DNA from: Eledone cirrhosa
Lineage: Eukaryota
Direction: 5' to 3'
Length of the DNA: 64,000 nucleotides
Assembly (NCBI GenBank): GCA_964016885.1
Contig: OZ024745.1
Location: 67,704,001-67,768,000 of the forward strand
Below the pieces are notes generated by a model, which ran no database searches, was not told where the DNA came from, and saw only the letters and a program-made list of their open reading frames with translations. Below are positions 31,425 to 43,950 of the stretch, one piece after another (the first letter of the stretch is position 1; the number at the start of each line of letters is the position of its first letter). Position numbers and translations under genes: made by a program.

Positions 31425-31523
31425 CAGGGTGTCCCCAAAAATTGTATACCACTCTTCAACAGCATTCTAATAAATATTGCCTGTACAGGTAATCAATGTG
31501 TGTATACATTTTGGAGGGGACAA

Positions 31524-31526
<3 letters not shown>
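31425..31526. mobile_element. Tiny Tc1/mariner-like MITE
   Basis: CAGGGTGTCCCCAAAA...TTTTGGAGGGGACAACTG inverted termini. Confidence 0.55.
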
Positions 31527-31575
<49 letters not shown>

Positions 31576-31579
31576 TGTG

Positions 31580-31648
<69 letters not shown>

Positions 31649-31773
31649 GGCGGAGGTGGTGGAGGGGTGGCTTTTACAAAAGGTAAAGCGTGTTTCGATA
31701 TCTCGTTAATATGTATTTATGTCACATGATCAGAATGTAGTCGTCACGTGTAATATGATGCCGGCAAACTCAC

Positions 31774-32060
31774 CACTTCGTCTTTTTCTTTTTCTTCTTT
31801 TTCATCGTCGTTTTCTTGTTTCTTCCTTTTCTTGTTTTTCTTTTTCTTCGTCTTTTTTTTCTTCGTTTTCTTTTTCTTCGTTTTCTTCGTCTTCTTCGCA
31901 GTGGGAGAGAGTGTAGTCTCCGTCTCTTCCGTCTCTCTCTCTCTCCTTTTTTCATTATCTCTTCCAGCCTATCCATAACTCTTCAACGCGTCTCAAGAAG
32001 ATTGATTTACGTGAGAACCCACTATCTGTTCATCACTTCACACAGCGGTTTATTTGAACA
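31774..32060 (-). other. Candidate non-coding (5' UTR) exon
   Basis: Strong donor GTG|GTGAGT at 31773 on the minus strand after a purine-rich, CpG-containing unique segment. The 5' boundary and the link to the exon at 1-162 are inferred. Confidence 0.3.
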
Positions 32061-33581
32061 ACGTGCTAATGGAGGTCTGCGTACGTAAGGGTTACACATT
32101 AAGACACATTTGCTCAATGTTCTGTCTTTTCAATTATCACATAGCAAGCGTTGTGGCAGGCAGCAGGGAACCTGTGTGAACCTGAAGCACGGGTGAGGTG
32201 GCCATACGGGTATTTGAGCAATGCCTGGTGGACCACTAGGCTAAGTAAAGAGAGAGAAAAGACAGCTGAAAACATTAATGGATAATTTAGCCAATCCGAT
32301 AGATGACGGATAACCGGCTGGTTTTAAGATCCAACCCGCTTCTGACCTAAAGAGTATTATGGGTTTATATCAAGAGCTAAGGCAAGCCAATAACTGGCTC
32401 TGCTCTTCAGGATCAGAAAATATTTCAACCCCCAACAATTAATTACCCACAACGCTCAAAAGACCCATCTGTTGCTCAAACTGGAATCCTAGACAGTATC
32501 CAGAGAAAAAGCAGCTCGGCTAATTTTGAATCTGAACAAATATTATAGGCGGAGAACAACAGAGAACAATTAGTGAACTGAGTACGCAGTGTGTGGTGAT
32601 ACCTCTGTTTCTAACTGCAGATAACTCCAGTTTATATATTACCCTAATGGTATTAGGATAGGCATGAAATTGTACTTTCCAATACCTAATGACCCCTCAG
32701 GTGAAATACTGCTGCCACATCTGGAGCAGTGTTATTGCTCACACGGACATCCTGGACCTCATCCAGAAAAAAACCCACTAACCTGCAGACGTACTGTCTT
32801 CTACCTCTGCTATCGTTACTAGAATGATCTGTTCCTGGGAGCTTGTTGGATTCATGTCATTTCCATTCAGCCATCCTTGACATAGTTGTCTCATCTCTTA
32901 TCACCTACTTTATATTCAACCGTACTCACTACATCTAGTCCTTCTTCCTCGGAACATCGGGACTCTAAAACTCCCCTTTATTTTTCTTCCTTTTCACGTT
33001 GTTCCCTTACTCGTTCCTCCTTTACTCGTTCTTCTCTTTACTCATTCTGTTTGCTCGTTCTTCTTTTCTCGTCACACATGTTGTGTTGCCCGCTTCGAGC
33101 ACTACACTAAACACTGTACCCAGTCCTTCCTATACAGAACGCTAACCCTCTAGAACTTCCTGTTCGTGTCTTTTTCAAAAGAGTGGGCGTCTTTCCAAAA
33201 GTAGTGGACCTGCAACAATTTAAAGAGACCATCAACGGAATGACACGCCTCACTTGGGTCTCTGAACTGCCTATGAAGACCACGGATAGTCCTTTCCTCC
33301 AGATCTACCAAGTAACAACCAAACCATTGGTTATGTTTCCTCATCTACCCTTTTCTGTCCCTTGAATTGTCTTGAAAGAGGCAATCTTTGGTTCTTAGAA
33401 TTAACAGCTTTAGGACTATTGAAATGTTTTAATATACTGAATGAAATCGATGCTTAATGTAATCAATCCAGGAAAAATGTTCATGTTATCCGTGGGCCCT
33501 TAGCTCCTAATTGAGTCGTTGAAGCACATCGTGAGTATTTAAACCTGACGGAGCCCATCCTTCTCCATGTTTGAACACAGT

Positions 33582-34337
33582 CAGCGGCATGCAAAGCTCT
33601 GGTGATGCCCGGGGCAAATCTTGATTGTATGCCCCAAAGAGTTGTAGTGACCTACATTCCGCGGGCTCACATACATTTTCTGTGCGTGATTTGGCTCAGT
33701 TCAGCCAATCAGCGCCAGTACAAGAGAATGTATCCCTACGCCTTCTGAAGGAGAAATTCTCCGCGAGGATTTGAAGAATCAGCCTCTCGTATCCTGAACT
33801 TCGAAGGAACAACACGTACATGTAACGGTGAGACTTTGCACTTTGGCCTGCCTCGGGCCTGGCACAATGGCACATTCCTTTTGTAACCTTGTTTAGGTTG
33901 AACTACAATCATACAATTTAACAAAACATTACTTTGTGCCACAACAAATAAACATACTTTTCATCTCACGAACATTCTTCTTGTTGACGTTGTTATCAAG
34001 TTATTCGTTTGTCGATATGACCAACACATCTTTCTACCAAGCTGATTACTGGTGGCGTTATAACAATTACATTATTTCCTCTTAACAACTTTGTTACTAC
34101 ATTAAAACACCCTTAAAATACTGCTAAAGACTTAAGTATAAGGCCTAATATACTGAGAAATATTATGAGAAAGGAAAACATTTTGAAAATATAAACACAG
34201 ATGAAACACGAAATAAACGCTTTATTCGATTTTAATATAAACCAATCAAATTTATTAAGTTCTTTCCCCCCCAGATTCCCCCATCCAAAGGATGCCCGGG
34301 GCCAACGCACCGTCACCTCCACCCCTGCACGCTACTG
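33582..34337. mobile_element. hAT-like MITE containing a nested solo LTR
   Basis: CAGCGGCATGCA...TGCACGCTACTG with perfect 8-bp TSD AACACAGT (33574-33581, 34338-34345). Confidence 0.85.
33643..34101 (+). mobile_element. Solo LTR related to the 26.7-29.0 kb element
   Basis: Begins TGTAGTGACCTACATTCCGCGGGCTCAC, identical to the LTR start; candidate end TTACTACA at 34101. Confidence 0.8.
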
Positions 34338-34904
34338 AACACAGTTGATTTCTTCCAGAGAAAGAGAATGTGGTAGAAGAATGTATCCCAGTACTAAACA
34401 CTATTTATCGACCACAAATGGATGAAAGACAATGATAACCCCGACGTGATTTGAACACGAAACGTGGAAAGCCAGAACGAATACCGCAAAGTATTTTTAC
34501 TGACTTTCTAATTATTCTGCCAATTCGCCGCCTCCATAAAAAAAGTCACTGGGGAAAACGTCATATAATTAAATACCATAAACAAGGTAGCTTATTTAAA
34601 TATCTATAAAGTTTATGTATCAGTACTAAGATTATACATAAACATATCGTTTATGCCTTCATATACAATTCTATTATGAATCGCGCTATGTTAGTAGTAC
34701 TGCGACTTAATCCCACCCAAGTCAAGCACGCACTATAAACAAATGAGCGTCACTGATTATGGATAAAAAATCTTGAAACACTGTCTGGCGTTCTCGCGTG
34801 GCTACTGAGATAGCTGTGACATTTCAAGTCACAACGGCGCATGTTTATTACACACAAATATTATCGTATATGCCTTCATAAAAAGCTCTACTATATATAT
34901 TTTT

Positions 34905-35125
34905 AAAAAGGGTAAAGAACCCCTTCGGTAACGAATGGACATGGGTTTTGCACCTAGAAAGTTCCCCTCCGAGGCGGTGATATATGTTTTTGTGGAAGAC
35001 CAGCAAATGCCCATTCATATCAGTCTTCCCTCCACGCCACCGAAGTTGTCTTGTCCAAGGAAAATGCAATGGCCGATACAGCTTGGCACCAGTGACGTCG
35101 CAATCTTTTTCCACAACTGAATGTA
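34905..35125 (-). mobile_element. SINE-like interspersed repeat fragment
   Basis: GC-richer block resembling cephalopod SINE bodies; single copy in the window, so the family call is weak. Confidence 0.35.
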
Positions 35126-35449
35126 TCAACTCAGACTGGAAATCCGCTCAAGAGACACACCCATAAGCGAATACAAGAATGAAACAAAAGCAAGAATGCC
35201 GTTAACTATTAGAGCTTGTTAAGTAACGTGATCTGAGATCGTGCGTTGTAACTAAAACAATTACATTGAGGAAGAGTCATTTGAGTCATTAAACAAATTT
35301 AATTCATTTTACATTTCTCACTTATTTTAGCAGAAGTCAGTGCACAGGTCACAATGTTACAAATATTTTAACACCAAAAAAATAATAAAGTTAAAATTAA
35401 TTAAACAGCTTTTGTGTATTTTTGAATGACTAAAATGATTCTCCCACGA

Positions 35450-36650
35450 TATTTTAGGAACTTGAAATATGAGGATTTTAGTCGATTATAAAACTTCTGA
35501 GATAATAAAAGAGCAAACAACTCTTTTCGTACTGACTCATCAAAATTTCAAAGTGAACATCACGGCTCTAAGTGAAATCAGAATAACTAATGAGGGTAAC
35601 CTAATTGAGATTGGTGAGGGTTATACTTTCTCTTAGAAGCGTACATCAGTTGATGAAGCACATATATTCAGCTGGTTTAGCGATAGAAGCAATTTTAGTG
35701 AAGAAATTTAATATTTTAACAATCTCTGTAAAACTAACCAGCAGGAGACCCAGAGATAGACCCCGAGCAAGATGGTTAGATAACATCCAGTCGGAGCAGT
35801 TGGAGACGATTGCTTCTGGCAGGACTTGCTGACCTCTCAGGAATAAGTGGGTGAAGAAGAAAAGTCTCTATAAGCAATCGTTTTATTCCTCTTGGAATTC
35901 CCTTAAATAATCAGTTGATTAAAACACATAGATGATCCTACAGTTTATCAATCTTCATTGTAAAAGCATTCTACTTAGGGACTATAATGTTCGTGCTGGA
36001 AGGAATAAAAAATGACGACCAGATACTATTGGAAGACGTGGAGTAGGTAAAAACAACAGAAATGCCCGGTATTTCTGGAACTAAGAAACTGTTTTAATTC
36101 ATTATAACGCTACTTTCCGTCAACATACTACACAAAACTATTGTTGCATCTCCGTTCAAAAGAGTGACATCTAGTTTTGTCATGACACGGAGATGAAACA
36201 TGTCAGATATGTAGCTTAGTAGATTGATACGATCTACTGATGACTGATCACAAAATGGTTCTAATAAAATTAAAAATTAAAATAAAATATCACTCAAATT
36301 CCATAACGTTAGGAGGGGGAAATTGTTAAACGTTTCAAGATACAAATGTTAGTAACAATTATCGTACTGCCTTCATCAAAAGTATTTGTAATCAACCAGT
36401 TTGTGTGGTATTGATTGAAGAAGTGGCACATTCTTATATCAGGAGTATTTTATGTCGCAGAAAATGACTCACTTTGGAGATAGCAACTCGCTTGGTTTGA
36501 TAATGATCACACAATAAAAGCTCCAATTGTAGAAAAGCCAAAAACTCAACATAATAAAAAGAATTATCCTAATTCTAAAGTCAATGACAGTTTGTGATAT
36601 CAAGTGAAGAAACACAATGAAGGCCTAGAAATATGTAGAATCAGTGGTAG
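35450..36650 (+). pseudogene. Highly degenerate RTE-like LINE remnant (APE endonuclease region)
   Basis: Fragments translating to ITALSEIR, ILLRDYNVRAGR, TIGRRGVGK and DHKMV; many stops. Confidence 0.5.
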
Positions 36651-38076
36651 ATTATATTTTACTTAGTAGGTCTGGGGTAAAGGAGAATTGCCATGATCTT
36701 CATAAACCCTCCAAAACCGGAGATCGGGGTCATTGATGTGTTGTTTATATTGTTATGAATCCACTCCTTCGTGGACGATAAGAGCATGAATGAAGTCCCA
36801 GATGGCCAACGTAATGAACAGGAATGACTGGGTGTTAAATACGAGTAATTATAAGAAAACGAGTGGATGTGGGACAAAGCCAGCAAGCTCCAAGGAACAA
36901 AGACTATGTAGTAACAGTAGATACAGAGAAAGGAGACATTACGTCTCAAAAGTATTAGGGTGTCTAATAAGTCCAAACTAGATGTGAAATATAAACCCTA
37001 TTTCAAACTACTTTAAGTATTTTTGTAATTAGTGATCAATACATATGAGTATTTGTTTTAGAGTATTTATATATACAGAAAATACATACACTGGTGTGAC
37101 AAAGCCACGCATGGGGAGAATAATTCAGTGATACCACCAGCATTGCAAATGCATGGAAAAGTAAATGTTAATACACTTAACGTGGTGAGTTCTATAGCTT
37201 TAATTAAAGACTACACATGTATCTGGGTGAGGTACATATTGTTGAACAATGTTTTGATCAACAAAAAAGGCAAGAGTGAAAATTTTAAATAAAACAATGT
37301 CACCTTTTAGCGCTTTTTCTTTTTCAGGGATTCCTGATAATAAATTCGGTGAGCATGAGTTAGAAGAAATATTACCAAAGATGTGTCTTTTTTTTCTACA
37401 GACTGTTAGTGACTTGATCTGCGACCGTGTGTTGAAACTAAAGCAATTACATCTAGGAGAGTCATTTTAGCCATTAAAAAAACACACAATGTTGAATTCA
37501 CTTTAGACATATATACATACATAAGTAAAAAGGGGGTGGGGGACGGAAAAGAGCCAATATATTTCTTGTTTTGACGTACCATTTGCAATATATTTATTTA
37601 CAGTAGAATAACATTGCAAATGTGTTTTAAATATATGCGTAAATACATTATAAATAACAACAAATGCGTAAATAACATAAATTGCTCGCAATTCGTTCAG
37701 AAGGATATTACAAATATGTCTAAACCGTGTATAATAACACAATAATATAAATTCATTAAACAAAAAAAAAACGGAAAGAATAAAAGAAAAAAAAGGGGGT
37801 TTCAATTCTCCACCAAGTGCGATAATCGGTTGCACCTTACACCTTAGGGGTTAACTGCACACTTTCAGGTGAACCAACACGCTCGCAGCATTACCACAGG
37901 TGATGGAGAGGCTAAGGTGCTGAAATAACCAGGCACCCTCAGTAAGGTGAACCGCCAGTGATGATAAGAACTTCGCTGTCAGCGGCCCAACTCCATCGAA
38001 CATCTCGAACGCCACAGGCTGGAAAAAATAATTATTTAATAAGTCCTGATATTACCGAATTTTAATTGTAAATGGG

Positions 38077-38493
38077 CAGAGCTGGCTCTACCATTATTGC
38101 CAACTAGGCAGCCGCCTTGGGCGCAAACCTGAAAGGAGTGCATTACTGGACCATAAAAGATCAGTTTTATGCAAATTTGTATAATTAAATAGAGAACCTA
38201 CTGCGACCAATAAATATATCGTTAAACATCTTTGCCCCGTAATATTGGGGAAATATCCGAAACAGAGGAGAGGGTCATTTAAAAACTTGTCAGATGATTT
38301 GGCATGAGTGAATGTGGACTGTCTAGTACAAAATATAGGCTTGGTAATTTGCTAACTGTGGTCAAAACAAAAAAATCAAAGACTAGGTTCATCAGCTTGT
38401 CAAACTAGAAGTTGAACTAATTTTATTTGGAAGTGTTGGCGCTTTACTGGGAGAAGAGGGCGCACATTGTAGACAACCCGGGTGCCGGTTCTG
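38077..38493. mobile_element. hAT-like MITE
   Basis: CAGAGCTGGC...GCCGGTTCTG with 8-bp TSD TAAATGGG/TAAATGGA. Confidence 0.75.
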
Positions 38494-39924
38494 TAAATGG
38501 ATAATGTAAAGAGAAAATTAGTATAATCTCTATCTGAAATGTTTGATGGATTGTAATGTTTTGTGTGTCTTATGTTTGTATGGGCGGCGGGGTGGTGGTG
38601 GGGGGGCTGTGTGATTGTGTATCCGTATGAGAGTGGGTGAATGACGACAGGAGTAACCAGATGTCAGAAAATCTACCTCAGCCTAGCTGTTGATCGATAA
38701 CGAGGTTCATACTTATGTGTGCCTTAATGTTTACATTTGGATGGACGTGCAGATGTCTGTTTAGATTAGGTTTTTCACCAAGCTGTAAACTTCTATCGAA
38801 GCAGAAACTCATTTAAAAATTCTATTTCTTATTAAATTGGACTTGATTCAGATCGAAATCTGCTTGCCCACATGCTTCTCTGCAGAGCGATATGTTTGTG
38901 TGTTTTAGATAAATATGCAACTAAGACTTCAGTTAGAAGTAGATTTGCAGCGTTAAATGTCGGGATTGGTTATAAAAGAAAAGATAAATCTGATTGTTTG
39001 TTGTTTTCTTAACAAAGGAAAACATTATTTCTTATTTGTAGTAGGGAAAGTTCTGTATATCTGAATAGAGATGAACGGTCAATGTGAGGGTATTAGATAA
39101 GGGTGTGAGATGTGGGGTATTAGAGAGAAGGTTGACGACCGGGACCAATCTCTTGAGAAATAACTGGTGTTTGTGTCTGAGGGATCACTCGTTATTTGTA
39201 TCCGTAATACTTATGTCATTATACCAAACATATCGATCAGCTGGTTCGAAAACTGGCTGATATAGTGTGTGCATGGTAAATCTGTGAGATAGTATTACAG
39301 TCAGGTGTATTGCTGTTTGTGCTTGCTGCGTCTGTCAGCCGGAAGATATCTTATCTCCTATATAAATCTCATAGTGCTGCTGTCATGTAGATATTTACCC
39401 ACTTTAGGGTCAGTAGTTATTTGCAGAAATTCTGTTGAGAGAGGTAAATAGATTTTATTAAGAGATCCTGTCCATGTAGCAAACAGCGCGACGAAAATTT
39501 TGACACCAATAAATGTAAAGTGAATTTAACCGTGTGTGTGTAAACAAATTACAGAATCAAATTAAATGGCAAAGATTTACTTAATATTTTGTCAAGTGCG
39601 CATATTTCTCCGTCTTACGAGTAACGACACTTATCAAAGATGAAGCGAACTTCTTAACCACTCAGCCATACTCGCATCCATAAATATTTTATTACTTATA
39701 GACTATAGTGCCGGATTTACCATTGTACTCAGGTGTGTTTAAGCACAGGACCTAGGTCAAGACAGACCCATCTTCCAGCCCCAAAAAATGTTTACCTCCT
39801 TCAGGGCCCAAGTAAAGGGCCTCATAACTTAACTAGCACAGGGCCTCATTTGTCCTAAATCCGACACTGCTTATAGTACTATATTGTTTTCAATCTTTAT
39901 TTCTATTTCATCGCCATATTATCC

Positions 39925-40312
39925 GCTGGGCACAGCTGAGATACACCGCCCAGCCAAGAATGTAGAGTTTTCCCCTTCTTTTCTTAGAATTATATATAGT
40001 TATTACCACAAGAAGTTCTCTAATGAACTTTTTCCAGATCACTTTCTGCCATCTCACCTAACTCGAAAGTCTCTGTGTTTTCATCCGGATGCTGTTGTGG
40101 TTCCACAAATAAGGAAGTCTTTCTACGGTCGTTGCTTTTTCCCCTGAACTGCCAGACTTTGGAACTCTCTTCCATCTCATTGTTTTCCTCCTTATGATCT
40201 GAACTCTTTCAAGTCTAAAGTAAATTAATTCCTTTTGTCTTAATTCCTCCTTCTTCATAGTCCCTAACACTAAGTGGTTTTACATCTCGTTTGAGACTTT
40301 AAAAAAAAAAAG
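39925..40312 (+). mobile_element. 3' fragment of a CR1/Jockey-group LINE with poly(A) tail
   Basis: Translates to ..CFFP*TARLWNSLPSHCFPPYDLNSFKSKVN*, followed by an A-run at ~40300. Confidence 0.65.
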
Positions 40313-40735
40313 CAAATTCTTATCCATAGCTTTTTTCTCTCTCTTTCTGTTTAATTTAATCTTTTTTTAGTTTAACATCGTATACTTCTGGTCAATGAAA
40401 TGACAATTGGGTTCTCATAAATTAGTTCAACTAATTAGATTATTACTAATTAGCGTGATGTGAACCTCGTCCATTAAATCAATTGAAGATTTTTAAACAG
40501 TTAACATTTTGTGTACATTTTCTACATTATTGGCCATTAAACAAAACTGATACCAATAACGATTATAAATTTAGTCACATTGTCAATGTTAAAACACAAC
40601 ATATTTACATTATATTAAAACTGAGTATCAGGAACAATATTTAACTTTTGCATATTAATTACTTAAGTAACAATAATATATATGTCAGTGAATTTGCGTC
40701 ATGTTGTAGCTCTTTCTTTTTTCCTACGTGAGTAT

Positions 40736-41260
40736 AGGTTTATTTACAATAGTTTATAACTTTGCCTATTAATCCGTATGGTGAGCAAATGGGGTCCCAC
40801 GGGCTGCCTCCCCACAGCCCCGGCGGACAGGATGGAGAAAGGCGATGCGCTGGTAAGGGAGATGCGCTGGAAGGGCCATTCCAACTCTCAAGGTCACACA
40901 GCTCAGCGCCTATGGTGGTGAATAGGGAGGTAGCCCTAGGGCCAAGGACACCAAAAGTCTCCACTGTTAAGGGCACGACCACGAACCTGTCGGAGAGCGA
41001 CCGGTACTTAGAGACTTTGGCCCCCTCAGCCCGACGTGCAGCAGTACCTGGGTTAGTAGCAGACTGCACCAGGTTTCGGCTGGAGAAAGTGTCGCTGCAA
41101 GTGGCATTCCAGACGAGGAGTTTGCCACCGCGGAACAGGAAGATGGTCATACCGTCTGGCCTTTTGCCATCCCCTCGGTCCAGCTCCACCGGCTCGAGCT
41201 GGGAGGGGAAGCCTGCAGCGTCCAAGCCATGCTTAATGACCTCGTTGAGGGCAGCGCGTT
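40736..41260 (-). pseudogene. 3' fragment of a CRE-like non-LTR retrotransposon (second copy)
   Basis: LEPVELDRGDGKRPDGMTIF..LVWNATCSDT..KY; shares its 3' end with the 29769 copy. Confidence 0.8.
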
Positions 41261-41894
41261 ATTAGGTTTGATTTAAATCTGGATCTATAAAAGAAAGGTC
41301 TATCCATTCTATAAAAGGTCCATCCATTCAAATGCATCACATAATTTACCACGTATAAGCCGTCATTTTCCAGGATTAGCTGTCTAAATATTTCAGAGAT
41401 GTCGACTACCAAGTAAATACCGAGCTTTATGTAAAATAATAAACAGTGGGACCCTTGTTCTCCTTTCGGTTAGCCTCATACACACCGTGCGAGCTGATAC
41501 ACATACGTTGCTCAAACACGATTCTGGATCCATAATTTTAATTTGATAGAATAGCCTGGTTTTTATTTTAATGTCCCTTCATAAGTTACATGCCTCGCAA
41601 AACAATTGGAGCAAATACTGCAAGGCATTTAATCCGATAATCTAATAGCTGTCAATTCATCGTCTCCTAGAACTGTTGATACCAAACTACCTGAAACCGC
41701 CCCTGGTTTTACGCTACAAAACTGCCTATTTTAAAGTGTTTATATTTATTTCATCAGAATTGTATATAAGAACCTTTGTTAAATTATGTTCCAAACACAG
41801 GCTTAATAATGAAAAAATTATACTAAATCTGTATAAATTCCTGATTATTTTCAAGGTTATTTGAAAAGTTATAGGCAATGCCTTTTATTAGAAA

Positions 41895-42820
41895 CTAGCA
41901 GTGGTACCCGGCGTTGCACGGGATAAGGTATTTTGGAACGCGGGCCGCCAACAGACCGGAAAAACTGCATGCGTGGACAATATGTAAAGAAAATAAACAG
42001 AATACTCTGATGGCTGGATAATCTTTAAGATTTTCCTCGATGAAGCAGGAAAAGTGCAGGTGCACCTAATGCGGGCCCTAGGAGATCAAGAAAATGAATT
42101 TTTTTTATGTGCATAATATGCCTTGAAATTTCGGAAAAATCAGCTAGTCGTAATGCCTCAAAAAAGCCCTAAAAAGCTGAAAAAATGAAGTTTTTCACCT
42201 AATGCGGGCCCTAGGCCATAAAAAAGTTGGATTTTCTTTGCTCACGATATGAAGAAGAGACTGACTAATACATAGTTACAATTTCAAGGAAATCGGTCTG
42301 ACGTAACACCTCAAAAAAACCCTAAAAACCTGAAAAAACGCAGTTTTTCAATTAATGCGGACCCTAGGGGATCAAAAAGTTGAATTTATGTGCATAACAG
42401 TCCCTCAAACATAAGTAATACACATGTAAAGTTTGAAAAAAGTCGGTTGGGTACTTCTCGAGTTTTAGGGATTCAAACTCACAGACACACACACACACAC
42501 ACACACACAGACAGACATCCTCAGGGAAGTGACGTAATGCAGACAGCCAGACATACAGACATATATTATAAGGGCGCGACGTTATATGTATGTATCTATC
42601 TAAAAAGAGAAAGACTAAGAATTATAGAGAGAGATCGCTAAATCGCCTAATGCGGTCCTTAGGGCATTGGAAATTGGAAATTTTCTTTGCTCAGAACACT
42701 CCCTGAAACATAAGTATTACATGTGTAAAGTTTGAAAACAGTCGGTTGGGTGGTTCTCGAGTTTTAGGGATTCAAACTCACACACACACACTCAGACATC
42801 CTCAGTTTTATATATATAGA
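41895..42820 (-). mobile_element. Non-autonomous Helitron-like element
   Basis: Minus strand starts TCTATATATATAAAA and ends with hairpin CCCGTGCAACGCCGGG then CTAG|T; internal sub-duplications; second copy at 49094-49965. Confidence 0.8.
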
Positions 42821-43344
42821 CTAGCAGAAAACCACCCAGTGGGCGGTTTTCTGCTAGCAAATCTAGTGTATATACCGATATTGTTGAAATTTGGATGAGA
42901 AATGTTTTCGGCACCACATGTTCACCGTCTCTCGGTGTGTCTTTTATGCATGTATAAATATATATGTTATCTATACGGTGAAATCTTTGAAATAAATATA
43001 TGTTAAAACGAAAAAGGAGAAAAAGAGATTAGTGACGGAAATATAAACGTTATGATACATAAACGTTATGATATAACGATGGAAATATATCTTCAAATGG
43101 TCCTTGGCATGGTGTCAAGTCAGAATCGCCTCGAACTGGTTACTTCTGGCTTGTGCAAGGTGTCTCTATAGCAACCAGCGATTCCCTCGGCCTCAGTGAC
43201 CAAAGTCAGTGGGGAGGGGGAGGTAATGTTTCTATAGCGACAGTGTTTCTCTTGGTAGTACCAAAGTGGAGAAAGGAAGGGGAAGGTAATATTTCTGTAG
43301 CAGCTACATTTGAGTTTTAGGGAAGGACAGACAGACAGACAAAC

Positions 43345-43365
43345 AGAGAAATACCCATATATTTC

Positions 43366-43410
<45 letters not shown>

Positions 43411-43640
43411 CACACACAGAAATGTATATATATTTCTGTGTGTGTATATATATATATATATTACACACACGGAAATGTATATATATTTCTGTGTGTGTAT
43501 ATATATATATTACACACACAGAAATGTATATATATTTCTGTGTGTGTATATATATATATATATTACACACACGGAAATGTATATATATTTCTGTGTGTGT
43601 ATATATATATATTACACACACAGAAATGTATATATATTTC
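43345..43640. repeat. Palindromic ~50-60 bp minisatellite
   Basis: Five hairpin units ATTTCTGTGTGTGTA(TA)nTTACACACAC(A/G)GAAAT. Confidence 0.9.
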
Positions 43641-43760
43641 TTAGAACAAAATTATTATTAATGTTTTGCTGTTCATAACAATTGGAATTGAAAAATCACT
43701 TTTGAAATTATTAGTTATTTTACTAATGCTTAGATATGTAAAAATGAAGCAATGTTTCTA

Positions 43761-43950
43761 ATAATTGTTTCTACTTTTGGCACAAGGCCAGCAATTACCC
43801 AGTACATTACTGGTACTTTATTTTATCGACCTCGTGAGGATGAAAGGCAAAGTTAACCTCGGCGGTATTTGAACTCAGACCGTAAAGGGACGTAACTCCA
43901 TGCTATGAAGCATGGTGTCCGACTCTCTACAGATTCTGCCAATCCACCGC
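43761..43950 (-). mobile_element. tRNA-derived SINE (family A)
   Basis: Homologous to 198-381. Confidence 0.85.

Noticed and set aside
31770-31976. Lys/Arg-rich protamine-like ORF
   Set aside because: Translation of a low-complexity purine tract; the stop overlaps a splice-donor-like site.
36650-37000. Mariner transposase remnant
   Set aside because: Only a weak PDL-like hint and one TIR-like word; not supportable without a search.
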